In this document: in pieces, positions 24,562 through 37,149 of the stretch
Layout of the letters: each line of letters starts with the position of its first letter
Position numbering within the stretch: position 1 is the first letter of the stretch
Origin: Octopus sinensis
Taxonomy: Eukaryota
Reading direction: 5' to 3'
Assembly (NCBI RefSeq): GCF_006345805.1
Contig: NC_043007.1
Location: 36,704,001 to 36,768,000 of the forward strand
Length of the DNA stretch: 64,000 nucleotides
Position numbers and translations under genes: made by a program
The notes under the pieces: model-generated
The model's input: the letters and a program-made list of their open reading frames with translations, nothing else
Databases searched by the model: none
What the model was told of the DNA's origin: nothing

Positions 24562-24870
24562 GGGCATATGGTGTAGTGGTTAAGAGCGCGGGCTACTAAC
24601 CCCAAGATTCCGAGTTCGGAACACTAACAATAATAACAATAACAATAACAATAATAATAATAAAAATTATGACCTGAACACTAACAATAATAATAATCAT
24701 AATAACATCGAAAAATACCTTAGGAATGAGAACCTAGGTTCAAAATTTCCCCAAGACACCTGAAGAAGGCTGGAGGGTATATCAACCGAAATGTGTTAAC
24801 AACAAACAAGATGGGGACAAATATCCGTCGAATGTAAATAATTCCTCATATATTAAATATAGAACGGAGT
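24562..24870 (+). mobile_element. tRNA-like SINE head, (AAT/AAC)n, then a Penelope-type terminus with a broken hammerhead
   Basis: tggtgtagtggttaagagc...gagttcg, then acac-CTGAAGA-a-ggctg...caacc-GAAA-t-gtgt at 24756-24796. Confidence 0.6.
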
Positions 24871-25559
24871 TATAGGTTGTTTTAGTGGATAATGGATAAC
24901 ATGTGAATATAATTAGGGTAATAATGGGTAAATAAATAGAGGTTGAATAGTAAATTATAGTGAAGAAGATTATATGAATGATAAAATAAATACTTTGGTA
25001 AGTTGTTTATAAGATTGAGAGAAACTTATATAAAAATAATATATAAACATATATTAACACCAGTCAAAAGCATTCGTCTTTTAATTCAGTGCATATACAT
25101 CCCCTCCTCTCCATGGTGGGGACGCTGGCAAGAGGTAGTGTCTGAGCTATGCCGTCGGGAACTTCGGTTCCTGGTAGGGCCACCCGAGGCGGATTGGTCT
25201 GACACTGAGTGGTATTAGGGCCACAACCCGGTGAAAAATCCTCAGAGTGTCTGTTTCGGCAACTGGCAGCTCCTCGGTCATTCTGTCCCTGCGTCTGCGG
25301 ACAATCTGCGGCAAACAGGATGTCTCTACATGCGGGATTGTTGGGGACCGCTTGTGAAATCCACATATTCCCACAAAACTTCTTCCAGGGAAGAAGCCGA
25401 CTCAACCTGCCCAGAGTGAATGTCACCACAAGTACAAGTACATATATATATATATATATACACATACATACACATAGATTTACACATCTAATTATAAATA
25501 TGTATAAACATAAGCAATAGATACAAACAGGTATGCACAAATACATGTATGCATCAATT

Positions 25560-27180
25560 TATGCAAATGCCTTTGGTCAAACAGTTCCCTCCTAAAGGAC
25601 AGCAACTTTGGTTTTTGAAATTGCATTTTTGACTGTTTTCTTTGGTAGTACAATTTGTTTGATTTAAAATTTTGCATTGTGTTGGTTTATATGAGAGGCA
25701 AAATCCTTGCAACATGAATGGTTGTTCCCGTGTGGAAGATTTTATGGTATTTGTGGCTGGCTGGAAAGTGCCTTGATACTAAGTTTAAAAATTCCTTACG
25801 TATGTTAGTCTTAACTAAAGGTTGGGTTGAACCACAAAACCTTTCTAAATCTAGTCCTACATGCACTGTTTTGGTTACCTTCACTAGGAATATATTGGAT
25901 CTCCTCTGAGAATCCACTTCTATGTAGGGCATCATGATAGTATGGGGTGGCATTTTGGAAGATAATGATGAAATCTGCTTCCCTATATTGCTAACTATAT
26001 TCTTTAGTATGATGGGTGGGTGATTGGACCCTCTGTCAATATAGCATAGCTTTTCACTGGACTTACAAACACCCTTAAAGATATTGGATTCTAAATCTAA
26101 ATTAATATCAATAAAGTTACATTTTTAAGGTTAGTATCTAAGGTGATTTTAAAACCCATTCTTTGGATGAATGAAGAATGCAATAAGATTCTTCTGGAGG
26201 CTGTCAAATTCATGCCCATTCATATTCCAGGTAACTATCAGACCACTGTCCTTATAATAATCCAGCGCTTAATGAAGGGAATTCAGTTTTTAAGCCATGT
26301 AAAATATATATGCCTATAAGCATGCACAGTTCAGCTGTCATATGCACCCATTGGCATGTTGAATAAAAAGGTCTCCATTCTTTTTGACCCAGGTTGATTT
26401 ATCAAAAAAAAGTAGTCTTCTTGGTATGTAAAATACTTTCAACATTGGTGTTGCCAGTAGTTACGTACTTTTTGACAAAATCTAGTGCTCTATGGGTCTG
26501 GATATTGATGGGTAAAAATCTACTTTGTCAAACTGTGTAAATTTGCAATTGTTCTTGTCTCTAATATCTTTAAACCAGTCTATAACTGACCCACTACTAC
26601 TCCAAAGGTGTAAATTTAACGCCCTACTAATTTATCTAGAATCAAGTTAAGGATATTTAAGCTAATTAAACTTATTTCTGTTAAAATTATCTTTATGGTC
26701 TTTAAGGATAATAAAGGGCTTGTGTGGGGGTAGGTATTCAACTTAAGGTTGGATTCTTCTGGCTTCAATATTCACCTCTATATGAATTATTATTTGCTTT
26801 TTAATATGTGTTTGTGATGCTATTTGATAGGAACCTGTTGTAAATGTTTTTGTCAACTGCATATAAATTTTTTGTTTTATCTGATTTGACAAAAATTTTG
26901 TCCACATTTTTAATGTTGTTAATTTTGTCTTTCATAGTTTTTTGGATTGGGTTGCTGACATTTTGAAATTTAATTTTCCTTACTAGTTCAAACAGGTTCC
27001 TTTCAAAAGGTGCTATTTCATTGATGGGTGGTGGGTTCTTTCTAGACTAAAATCCATATTTGTTTGGATGCTCTTGTTCTCTTCTGTTGAAGAAATACAC
27101 AAGCCATCTCACTCTGTAGATGAACTTCTCTGTTTTCTCTATAAGGCCCTTTAAATATTGCTTATTCAATATATATATTG
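25560..27180 (-). mobile_element. Penelope-like element RT pseudogene (N-terminus, RT, thumb, Cys linker; truncated before GIY-YIG)
   Basis: Minus strand: LIEKTEKFIYRVRW...YGF, FVKSDKTKNLY, ILKDHKDNF..FRLI, YKDSGL, NFIDINLDL, and CCPLGGNCLTK. Many stops. Confidence 0.85.
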
Positions 27181-27184
27181 AATC

Positions 27185-27375
27185 TATCGCCACGATAGAT
27201 CGTTAGCCACTACACACATTTTTTTCTCTCCTTGTTTTTTGTGTCCCTTTCTGTAGAAGAGCGTAGGCTCGAAACGTAAAAGACTTTTTCTATTCCTGAG
27301 TGTTATACTAATACATCTGTTTGTTTTGTACACCACCTGTCTTCGTCTTTTGTTTTTTTCGTAAACTCTCCCTAT
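27185..27375 (+). mobile_element. Penelope-type terminal repeat in inverted orientation, with a hammerhead-like motif
   Basis: cttt-CTGTAGA-a-GAGC-gtag-GCTC-GAAA-CGTA-aaag at 27247-27282, directly upstream of the minus-strand PLE ORF. Confidence 0.6.
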
Positions 27376-27624
27376 ATATATATATATTTCTAAGGCATTA
27401 TTTCATCTATGATAGTATGGGGAAAGAGGTAATGTATGTATGGTGAGGAAAATAAACCAAAGATACAAATATGTTAACAAAAACAACAATAATCTCTTTT
27501 ATTTGGTTTCACATTGGTTCTTGTCAGCTGGTGAAGGGTCTAACAAAAGAGGATGGAAGAGTTCAGTGAAAGGGATGCTTGGTTTAGTTACAATGACATC
27601 ACACTTGTCTTTGGCCAAACTCAC

Positions 27625-27704
27625 AGGAGGCAATCTGGATAGACACAAATAGAATTCCTTTCCTTCAAACATAACACCGAGTGAAGATGGGAAATCTTTC
27701 AGAT
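27625..27704 (-). CDS. Candidate minus-strand exon (phase 1 to 0): (D)LKDFPSSLGVMFEGKEFYLCLSRLPP
   Basis: Strong acceptor tttcttttctccag and GTGAGT donor. The frame stays open to a stop at 27499, so it could instead be a terminal exon. Phase-compatible with the 55607-55694 exon. Confidence 0.45.
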
Positions 27705-28256
27705 CTGGAGAAAAGAAATGAAATAGGAATGAAATGAAAGAAAAACTAAGAAACCCCACCACAAAAACAATAAAAAATCAATCATGTAGAAGGGGAAAAA
27801 GCTGCCTGAATAAACATATATATATATTCACATACTAAATTGATGTATAAGCATCATAAAATATATACACAGTATTTAAGAGATCAATTACTAATGTATT
27901 ACACTTCAATATATTATTATAAATCAATAAATATTAATGGAATAAATTTGCATGTGTTTTAAAATAATTGATAGTCAAGAGGAACATATTTACAATAATA
28001 TAAAGAAGTGAAAAAAGCAGGAATTACACAATAAGGAAAGTTATAAAAGATATGATGCAGAATGCTGATATTTTAACTTTTTCTCTTTGTAATATGGATA
28101 CCCTATCACATCTAAATCATTTAATTACAAAGATCATGATGATTTTTCTCTATTTGGTTGAAACAACATCTGTGGAATTTCTGCTTTTCTGAATGAGTGT
28201 GTATAGATTTAAGATTAACAATTGAAATTGTAAAAGTGGAGATTGTTTATGAAAAC

Positions 28257-28297
<41 letters not shown>

Positions 28298-28298
<1 letters not shown>

Positions 28299-28640
28299 GT
28301 GAAGATGCATGGCTCAGTGGTTAGAGCATCAGGCTCACAATCATAAGATAGTGAGTTCAATTCTTGGACCAGGCTGTGTGTTGTATTCTTGGGCAAGACA
28401 CTTTATTTCATGTTGCTCCAGCTCACTCAGCTGTAGAAATAAGTTGCTATGTCACTGGTGCGAAGCTGTATTGGCCTTTGCCTTTCCCTTGGATAACATC
28501 AGTGGTATGGAGAGGAGAGGCTGGTATGCATGGCAACTGCTGGTCTTCCATAAAACAACCTTCCCTGGATTTGTGCCTTGAAGGATAACTTTCTAGGTAC
28601 ACTCCCATGTTCATTCATGACCAAAGGGGGTCTTTACACC
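28298..28640 (+). mobile_element. tRNA-derived SINE (family E) with a CORE-like segment
   Basis: tggctcagtggttagagc...gagttcaatt...ttgggcaagacact...ctcagctgtagaaat. Partial copies near 17440, 56480 (-) and 63550. Confidence 0.7.
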
Positions 28641-28761
28641 TTTATATATATATATATATATATTTTAATCTTCGGATTCTTTTTAATATTTTAATCTTCG
28701 GATTCTTTTTAATATGCTAGACCACTGGTTTTAATTGACTAATATCAATTTCTACCCTTAA

Positions 28762-28814
<53 letters not shown>

Positions 28815-29469
28815 CAAACACACTTGTCTTTTGGATGGTTTAAGTTGCTTTGGTGGTATTTTTTTCACCAAATAATTTAACTACAGAGAAGGTTAATGAG
28901 TAGCATGGCAATCTAAGTTTCTGGTTAACCTAGGAACAGAAAACCAAATTGAAGGCTGGTTATTGTGGAAGTTGTTGCACTTTAATGTTCATAGAACATA
29001 TAAGTTTGCAAGTGATGCAAAATAGAGCTACTGAAGTGTTTTGGGAGTAGATAACAGATAATGACTACAAAATATAGCTGTTTTACACGAAAGTGAAATT
29101 TTTTGTCAGAAACAGCCACATTAAATGGTGTAAAGAAATTGAAGGAAGATGTTGAAACTTTCCCTCTGCAAGTTTATTTTATTCAACAGCAAAGGGAGCT
29201 ATTTTTTTGGAGAGAAGTATGATTGGTACGTTCAAAAATGGCAATGTAATAGCTACTTGAAAAAGTAGAGTTAAAGGAATGTATTTGCTATGTGCATACA
29301 GTGTACAACCACCCTGAAATTGACTTCAGGTAATGAAAAATGAAGACATAAAGAGTTTGACTGCAGTTCATAAATACTTCTTTGAATCTTTAGCAGTTCA
29401 CAGTGAAAAGATGTTGCATTCAAAATATCATAATTTGGTTTGGGTTTAAAAGTTCATATCCCATCAAAT

Positions 29470-30217
29470 AGATAATAACACCTTATGTGAGTGAAGACCT
29501 TCTTTAGCCTGGGGTGCCGGTGTTTCTCCTTTCCCTACCCACTGTCTTTGGCTCTTGACATTTTTATAGAGAACCCATTTCTTGTCACCAGTCATTATTT
29601 GGTCCAAAAAGGTTCATTCGTGAGATGTGACAGCAAAGAAAAGCACACTTTCACTCTCTGTGCGTGATTAGACTTGGAAAGTTTGTGAGGAACCCATTGA
29701 CCCAATTTGCTGACTTTTCTGATGGCATACAAGTGTTGATGAATGGTTGAGTGACTGAATTCAAGCTTCTCTGCTAGTTCCTCAACAGTTACGATGGGAT
29801 TTTGTTCCACCAGGGTTCGCAGGAAATTCTTGTTGAGCTCTGCAGGTCTCCCAGGATGAGGCTTGTCTTCTAGGCTGTAGTTTCTGGCTCTGAATTTCTG
29901 GAACTACCATTGACACTGGCTTACACTTATTGTCCGATACCCATATACTGCATTAATATTCCTCGCACTTTCCGTTGCGTTGTTGCCTTTATTGAACTCA
30001 TAAAGCAAAATATGTTCCTTTGTCACTTACATTATAGCTTTGAAAAAATAACTGTTAATATTGAACTGCACTCCTCAAAACTTGCACTAAGAATAAGTTC
30101 AAGGCAAAATTACTACCTGCTTTTATAGCAAGTTGATGCAGGTAGTTTATCCTGTCCCCCTCTGACTTTTAGTTCATGCAATTGGAAAAATTGCATTATT
30201 TATGGGATGACCCAATA
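29470..30217 (-). mobile_element. Mariner element 5' part
   Basis: TIR tattgggtcatcccataaataatgc. Translates to TVEELAEKL..SHSTI..HL...KLGQWVPHKLS and KWVLYKN. Confidence 0.88.
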
Positions 30218-30741
30218 TATCAGGGTTATCATCATCATCAATGTTTAATGTCTGCTTTCCATGCTAGCATGGGTTGGACGATTTGACTGAGGATTGGCGA
30301 ACCAGATGGCTGCACCAGGCTCCAATCTTGATCTGGCAGAGTTTCTTACAGTTGGATGCCCTTCCTAACGCCAACCACTCTGAGAGTGTAGTCACTCCAA
30401 GGGTTATATCTGAAAATTTTTGAAAAGTTAATAAATAAGTTCAAAAAAAATTTTTTGAACCAGAATCTTGATAAAATAATAGACAGCATTTGAAATTTTT
30501 GAGAAGTGAAAAAGTTAAAAAAATAAATAGAATAAATAATTGAATACTCCATCCAATATTTTGTATATAATTTCATGGAACATAAATCATGTTGGCATCT
30601 CATGATACAGCATCTATTTAAAGTGCAAATTCCAGTCTAGATAGAAACACAAAAACTATTTTTTATTACTCTCAATGTCAGTTTTATTATCCGGTTATTT
30701 GCTATCAACAATTATGAGTAAAATTTGTTGTATTTAATCAG

Positions 30742-30804
30742 ACATTGATTGATACAATTTCCGATGCGGACATAGCAATACAAACGGGTTGTCTTCAGCT
30801 ATCA
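30742..30804 (+). CDS. Candidate plus-strand exon TLIDTISDADIAIQTGCLQLS
   Basis: taatcag acceptor, GTAAGG donor, one open frame. It could equally be a repeat remnant. Confidence 0.22.
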
Positions 30805-31134
30805 GTAAGGAAGGATAGAAAAGACATAATATAGAATGTAAGCACTTTCATTATATTTCCATCTAATTATCAAATATATATATTTTTTCAATAGAAATAT
30901 GTACAATGATAGTTTATAATAATACAGTATTTTGGGAAGAGAAGTATGGCATTTTATGTTCATAACGACTGTATTTAGAGTTTATAACAATAGAAGTATT
31001 ACATATTAGTCTTTCATACTGAAGGTTGGCGGCAGTAATTCCATGGTAGACGTTTGCTTGTTGTACCAAATGTTTAATATATTATCACTATTAGAGAAAA
31101 ACATAACATTATTTTAGGGATTTTAGCTCTTTGT

Positions 31135-31355
31135 TACAAGGGGGTTCTGAAAAATTCCTGGTTATGGGTAAAAGAAAATACAGGGGGATCAGTTAATTGT
31201 GATTTTATTCAATATATCGCCCTCTCAGATTCACACATTTATTGCATTGGTCATTCAGTTTATCTAAGCTCTGTAAAAAAACTTGCAACGTTGGGCCTCC
31301 CAATAGGCCTTTCACAATATCCTTAAAGCCAGGAACTTTTCAGCACCCTCTTGTA
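31135..31355. mobile_element. Mariner-derived MITE (same family as 12564-12761)
   Basis: tacaagggggttctgaaaaattcctgg ... ccaggaacttttcagcaccctcttgta. Confidence 0.85.
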
Positions 31356-31384
31356 CATGTAAGTGAGCTTGGATAATAGATACA

Positions 31385-31765
31385 GATACTATCTATCTAT
31401 CCGCTCAGTCGAAGTCGACTCTCGGTTACTCGATGGATCAGTGTCCTCCAGTCAGTTCTATCCTGGGCTGCTTCTTTCAGATTGGCTATGTCCATTCCGG
31501 TATCACTCTTGATGGTGTCAAGCCAGTGGGTTCTTGGTCGGCCTCTTCCTCTCTTGCCACTGACCATTCCGAGCATGATGTCCTTCTCCAGGGATTTTCT
31601 CCACATAATATGACCAAAATATGCCAATCTATGCTTGGTGATCCTAGCTTCTAGCGACATTTTCGGCCTGATCTGCTTGAGAACTTCTCCATTGGTGAGC
31701 CTCACTGTCCATGGAATCCGTAAAAGTCTTCTCCAACACCAAAGCTCAAATGCATTAATTCAGAT
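31385..31765 (-). mobile_element. RTE LINE 3' end with a (TAGA)n tail
   Basis: NAFELWCWRRL, then LAYFGHIMWRKSLEKDIMLGMVSGKRGRGRPRTHWLD...DRTDWR. Confidence 0.88.
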
Positions 31766-32607
31766 ACACAGCTGATTTTTTGGGGCAACTGAAGGACAGT
31801 ACCTCCCAACAACCTACTTCACTGCGTGATCACAAGTGGCATTGTGCATACTGTGTGTTTACATGCATTATCTACACTGTACTTGCTAGTGGTGGTACCA
31901 AAATTTGAGAGATTCTTTGTTTATTTAGCTTAACCATTTAGTGTTCAGATTAATTAGTCAAATGTAATGCTTATCTGTTCACATTAATTTTGATTTATTC
32001 AGGTTCAAAAGGGGTGTCCACAATATTTGCTTGTAACTTTGTTAATTTTCTACATACAGATTTGAAATTTTGTAAATGGGTGCTTATATGCCAGTGGCTT
32101 ATAGTTACGTAATTTTAGCTGATCTTTCTGATTAAATTTGACTTTTACGGGCAGGTAAATTTAATTAACAGGTGTAAAACCAATAACATTATGAATAAAC
32201 ATTAAAATTCATATTTTTTATGCATCTTACCTGTTTGATTTGTTACTAAAATTATCCCAGATGTCAACTGCCAACAATTTTACATTTTTCAAGATGAGGT
32301 ACATTAATTTGAATTAATTAAAACAGGTGTAATCGGTACATGATTTTATTCTTTCTTTATATTTCATTCAAACATTTTCATTGAAAATAAAGTACAAAAC
32401 TCTTTTACTAGTCAATATTCCATTGGCTATGTACTCTTATACAATTTAATGAATTCATTTATGTAACAGACAGCATCTAATAAAAAAAGCTCTTTAACAG
32501 GTGAGACAAAGGTGAATACAGGTGAGTAACATACTGAAAATTAATATCATTTCTCACTTTCACATTATTTATAATAAAATGAAAAGGACTATATGATAAA
32601 ATAATAT

Positions 32608-34203
32608 AGTTATGACTTATTTCTGTCATGAAACTGCCCAAAGCACCCTTTACACAAGTGCACTTTGCAAAAGGAACACACATATGAAGTCTCAATCTGC
32701 AGATTTTCTTTTTTACAGCAAACAGTCTGCAAACTTTTTTCTTCTATTTATCTTTTTGACTCCACGACAGTCAATATTTCTCTGTTGACATCCACCTCAG
32801 TTAATTTTGCTTTTCTCCCACTTATGTGCTTTCTAGAAGAAAAGCCCTCACATAACTCAGATGTGCTGTCAACCTGAAACTTCAAATGGTCATAGTCCTT
32901 TGGTGGCAGAGGTACCTTATTGGCTTTTTACATATACAATATAAAAATTAACTATAGTTAAATTAACTAAAACCCACAAAATGTACCTCCACTATTTCTT
33001 CCCAGGTCAACCAACTAGGTAATATGCCCGATATTGGTCAGATTTATCAACCCCACCCATATATTTGTTATAACAAATATTCACTAGGGGTTTTCCCTCA
33101 GTACCAACACCAGGTTGCTCATTAGTAGACAGAAATAAAATCTGTCTTTTGTAACTAATAAATTTTCCTTTTGCATTTGTAAAATGTCCCTTCTTTTTTT
33201 AAATTTTGTTTTCACTTCATGGGGTAAACCTTTACAGTTGCCCATAACAGCACTGCATGTGTAAGTAGTTACATGGGCAAGATTTTCTGCCAAAGCCACT
33301 GAAGAAAAAAAAAACGGCCAAAATAGAGGGGTCGGTGCTAATGGTGAAATGGTTCAGTAAGAGACCATACCAAATCATGTCCCAATCCATGTGGTCTGTT
33401 TCCATTATATTTTTTACCTGTGTAAACATCTAAGTTTACACTAGATCCAGTGTCTGATTCACAAACTTCCCATACCTTGATCCCCCATTTAGTGGATTTG
33501 GCAGGCATGTACTGCTGAAAATGTACTCTGCCCTTATAGCCTATCATGGTTTCATTTACACTGAGATTTTTCCCAGGTAGATACAGTTTTATAATGATTA
33601 AGGAGTAAATCAATTACAGGGTGTACTTTGTATAGGGGATCATAGTTTGGGTCATTTTTGCTGGGGGCATTAGCAGAATCAATTAAATGTAAATACTGAG
33701 ATATTTTTGAATACCTCGTCTTCGACATTATATTTGAGATATATGGATCGCCATACTTTATATCAGGACTCCAGTAGATCCATAATCGAGGAAACTGTTT
33801 AACACCAAATATTAATATTGATTGTGAAAAATGCTCCCATTTCCACAGTAAAATTCGGCTGCCATAGTGGATCGTTTCTTCTGCGAATAGAAATTATATG
33901 TTCTGTATATTTGTTTGTTTCCTCTGTAAAATTTTTTTAAAAGAAACTTTCCGGTAAAAACAAAAATAGATTGTCCAATGGTTGAGCATCAGGAGATAAA
34001 CTGTGTTGTGGACCAGTGTTTTCTGTGAAATCAGGAATAGTGATTGGTGTTGTAATCTTTGCCATGTTTATGGTATCACTTTCATCACTCTCTTTCTCAA
34101 AATCTTCCTCGTCTGAAGACAAAATACTCTTGTTTTCATTTATATTTTCTATATCGTCAAGAGTAAAACCTTCAAAGTCAGAATCACTACTTGCTGACAC
34201 CAT
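32608..34203 (-). pseudogene. piggyBac (PGBD-type) transposase pseudogene
   Basis: Acidic N-terminus MVSASSDSDFEGF, then LSVNETMIGYKGRVHFQQYMPAKSTKWGIKVW, GGVDKSDQYRAYY, and a Cys-rich end C..CKVHLCKGCF..FH. Multiple stops and frameshifts; TIRs not located. Confidence 0.9.
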
Positions 34204-34439
34204 TTCATTAAAAACTAAGGTGCAAACTTCTCTTCAAACATTGAAAAAAAACCATTGATTTTTTATTACCCACACGGAGCGAACACAGATGGGACAATAC
34301 ATAACATGTGGGGACATAAAACAAAAAAAAAAAGAAAAAATCAAATTAACGTATGAGATGATGGGATGATAATGAAAATGAGAAAAATGCAATGAAACTA
34401 CCCGGCCCTATCTCCAAGCAACTCCATTTCTGCCTTTTA

Positions 34440-35110
34440 ATACCTCTTATACCCTGAACCTTCTAAAATGTCTACATCATGCTCTTCCAACAATGTTAAA
34501 GGAAAAATTGACATTGGGACTATGGTCCAGGCGGAAAAGGCTCTGAGACTGATATGGAGTGATATTGTGTACTTCGCAAGAGGTTCGATGTTTGGAGTAG
34601 TGGAGGTGAGGTTCAAGGACGTGACATCCATCAAGAATGAGGAAGTGGTGCTTCTGCCCACTTACTGAGGACCAAGAGCTACAAGAATCAGCATAGAAGG
34701 AATTCATATGTTAAAAGGTCTGGTAGTTTGTTCCAGTCAAGTTCTGCATATCCACTTTCATGCCTTGCCAACCTCACCTTTTGTTCCTCAATGGTTACCA
34801 CACATTGGTGCCACCTCTTAAAATTGTCTTACCCCTCTGTTTCCACTTTTTTTACACTCTTCCCATGTCATTACCTCCTTACATAATTCCTCATTTGAAT
34901 CGTCATATATCATTACAGTACAAATTTTTTTCTTTTCTACGTGGCTGGAGGGAGTTTGAGTGTACTTGTTTTCTTTTTCTTTTGTTTTTGTGCCTGCACA
35001 GTCACACCTGCACCTACAGTCACGCCTGCACCTGCACAGTCACACCTGTGCCAACACAAGTTTGCCTGCACCTACACAGCCATGCCTGTACCTTCTTTAT
35101 TATTATTTTG
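34440..35110 (+). mobile_element. Probable LINE ORF1 remnant with an 18-bp tandem repeat (TVTPAP-type)
   Basis: VYFARGSMFGVVEVRF...LLPTY*GPRATRISIEG, and cacagtcacacctgcacc repeats at ~34995-35050. Confidence 0.45.
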
Positions 35111-35629
35111 TTTCCTCAAAATCAATTGTTAAACCTGATAATAGTCACTTGAAGCAGCTGACACCTCTTGCCTGCAAAGATTGACCTGTCAAGGAGGACA
35201 GTCACTCCAAATAAGAATTGATTCAGTGTGTAACAATCCCACCAACCCATGCAAACATAGAAAGTAGACGTAAAATAACAATGATGATGATAATGATGAT
35301 CCAAGTGAATTTGATGGTCTTTTCCTTCAATTCATGTTTCCTTTGTTTGTTTCTTGCTGGATTACAATAAACCAGACAAAAAAAAACAACAGATTGGACA
35401 CATTTGTTATTACATCATCAATGTGCAAAAGGTTGATTTATCAAAGTGAAAGCCTACTTTACCAATCTATAATTTTGATTTTTCAAGAGTCTGCTTTCCT
35501 TAATGTGTTACGTTTGTCACATTATGAGAAGACAAATCTTTGCCAAGTAGGAATAATATATAAAAAAAAAAAAATGTCATCTCAGACCTGTATTGATTTT
35601 TGGCTTGTTCTGTCCAATATCTTAATCAG

Positions 35630-35700
35630 TTGACCTTTATTTCGACATTAGCAACCATATCTCTACTAAGTGGATATTGGAAAGTCTGGAGGAAGGACGG
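35630..35700 (+). CDS. Candidate plus-strand exon with two open frames (xDLYFDISNHISTKWILESLEEGR or LTFISTLATISLLSGYWKVWRKD)
   Basis: cttaatcag acceptor, GTGAGA donor, unique sequence. Confidence 0.3.
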
Positions 35701-37149
35701 GTGAGAAGAAGGATGGGAAAGAAGGGAGGGAGCTAAGCACAAACAGCCAACACAGGTCATCGAGTTAAGCCAGTTACATCACACCTCTGGAACGTTGGTT
35801 GGTTGGTTGCTATGGTGACCGTTAAAGCTGGACGCAGCTTCTTGGACCATCATACAGTCACTGTGACTGAAATGTGAATTGATGATGATGATGATGGTGG
35901 TGGTGGTAATAACGGGTAATGATAATGATGATGACGATAAAGGTTATGGTGGTGGTGGTGGTGGTGATGCTTATGGAAATGACTTGTGTGATGGATTTCT
36001 ATGATGATAATGACATCAAAGTTAACGATGATGATGTTAATTGGAAGCACTGGTGGTGGTGATGATGCAATGATGAAACCAACAGTGATGACAATGATGA
36101 TGATGATGATGGTGGTGGTAATGTTGATGAAAATATAATGATCACAGTGATACAATGAGGATGGTGATGGTGCAATGATAATATTGATGCAATTATTAGG
36201 GTGACGTTAAGGTGACGAGCTGGCAGAATTGTTAGCATGCTGGGCAAAATGCTTTGCGGCATTTCGTCCGTCTTCATGTCCTGAGTTCAAATTCTGCTGA
36301 GGCTGACTTTGTTTTTCATCCTTTTAGGGAGCAATAAAATAAGTACTAGCTTAGTAATGGGGTTGATCTTGTAGTAAGACATGATAAATCTTTTTTTTTT
36401 ATTGGAGCACAAATTAGTTGTTTGGGACAGATGCTGACCAGTTAAGGTTGGCTTTGCACAAATTCAATCAATAACTTCTGCACAAGTCTAAATGTCCTCT
36501 AAAAACTAAAAGTTTTAAATGCTGTGAAGACATTGAACTGTTAACAATGTACTTTCAAGCTCCTCATTCTGTCAGTTTCATCTAGAACATGGGAAGTTAC
36601 TGTTTTGCTTTCCTAGTCATTATGACTACTGCGCTAAGTTTCCTTTAGTATCTCTGAATCCATGTGCCCAGTTCTTCACTTGACATTCGTTTCTTTTAAG
36701 CAGCTTTGGGGCATATTTTATCATTTTATCTGGTTTGCTGAAATTGGTTTCTCCTGCAAGATTTGTATCTACATTATAACATTTGTCCTACTTTGTATCA
36801 TGTAATTGATATCAGCTCCAATCTAGAGACCCTGTAAATTGTAGTAAGTGAAACTGAAATTATTCATGAAACTGAAATTGTTCATGTCTTACACAAGTTA
36901 TTCCTGCCAGACTGTATGTCCACATAATGATGTTTGGCACACATTGTAAGTTTTGCTGCCACACACATTTGTTCAGCGTTTTTGGAAATCTGTAATAAAA
37001 TTGTTGCATTTTGAACATGAATACAATTTATTGTCATCTGATTCTTTCTGTATGGCATCAACTAATGCCTATCTACAGAATTGTATATCTAGCTAGCATT
37101 TATTTTTACTAAAATCTAATTGACTGAATTTGCAAGGAAAAGATGAAAG

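Noticed and set aside
28660-28715. 26-bp direct tandem duplication between (TA)n tracts
   Set aside because: Consistent with ordinary slippage.
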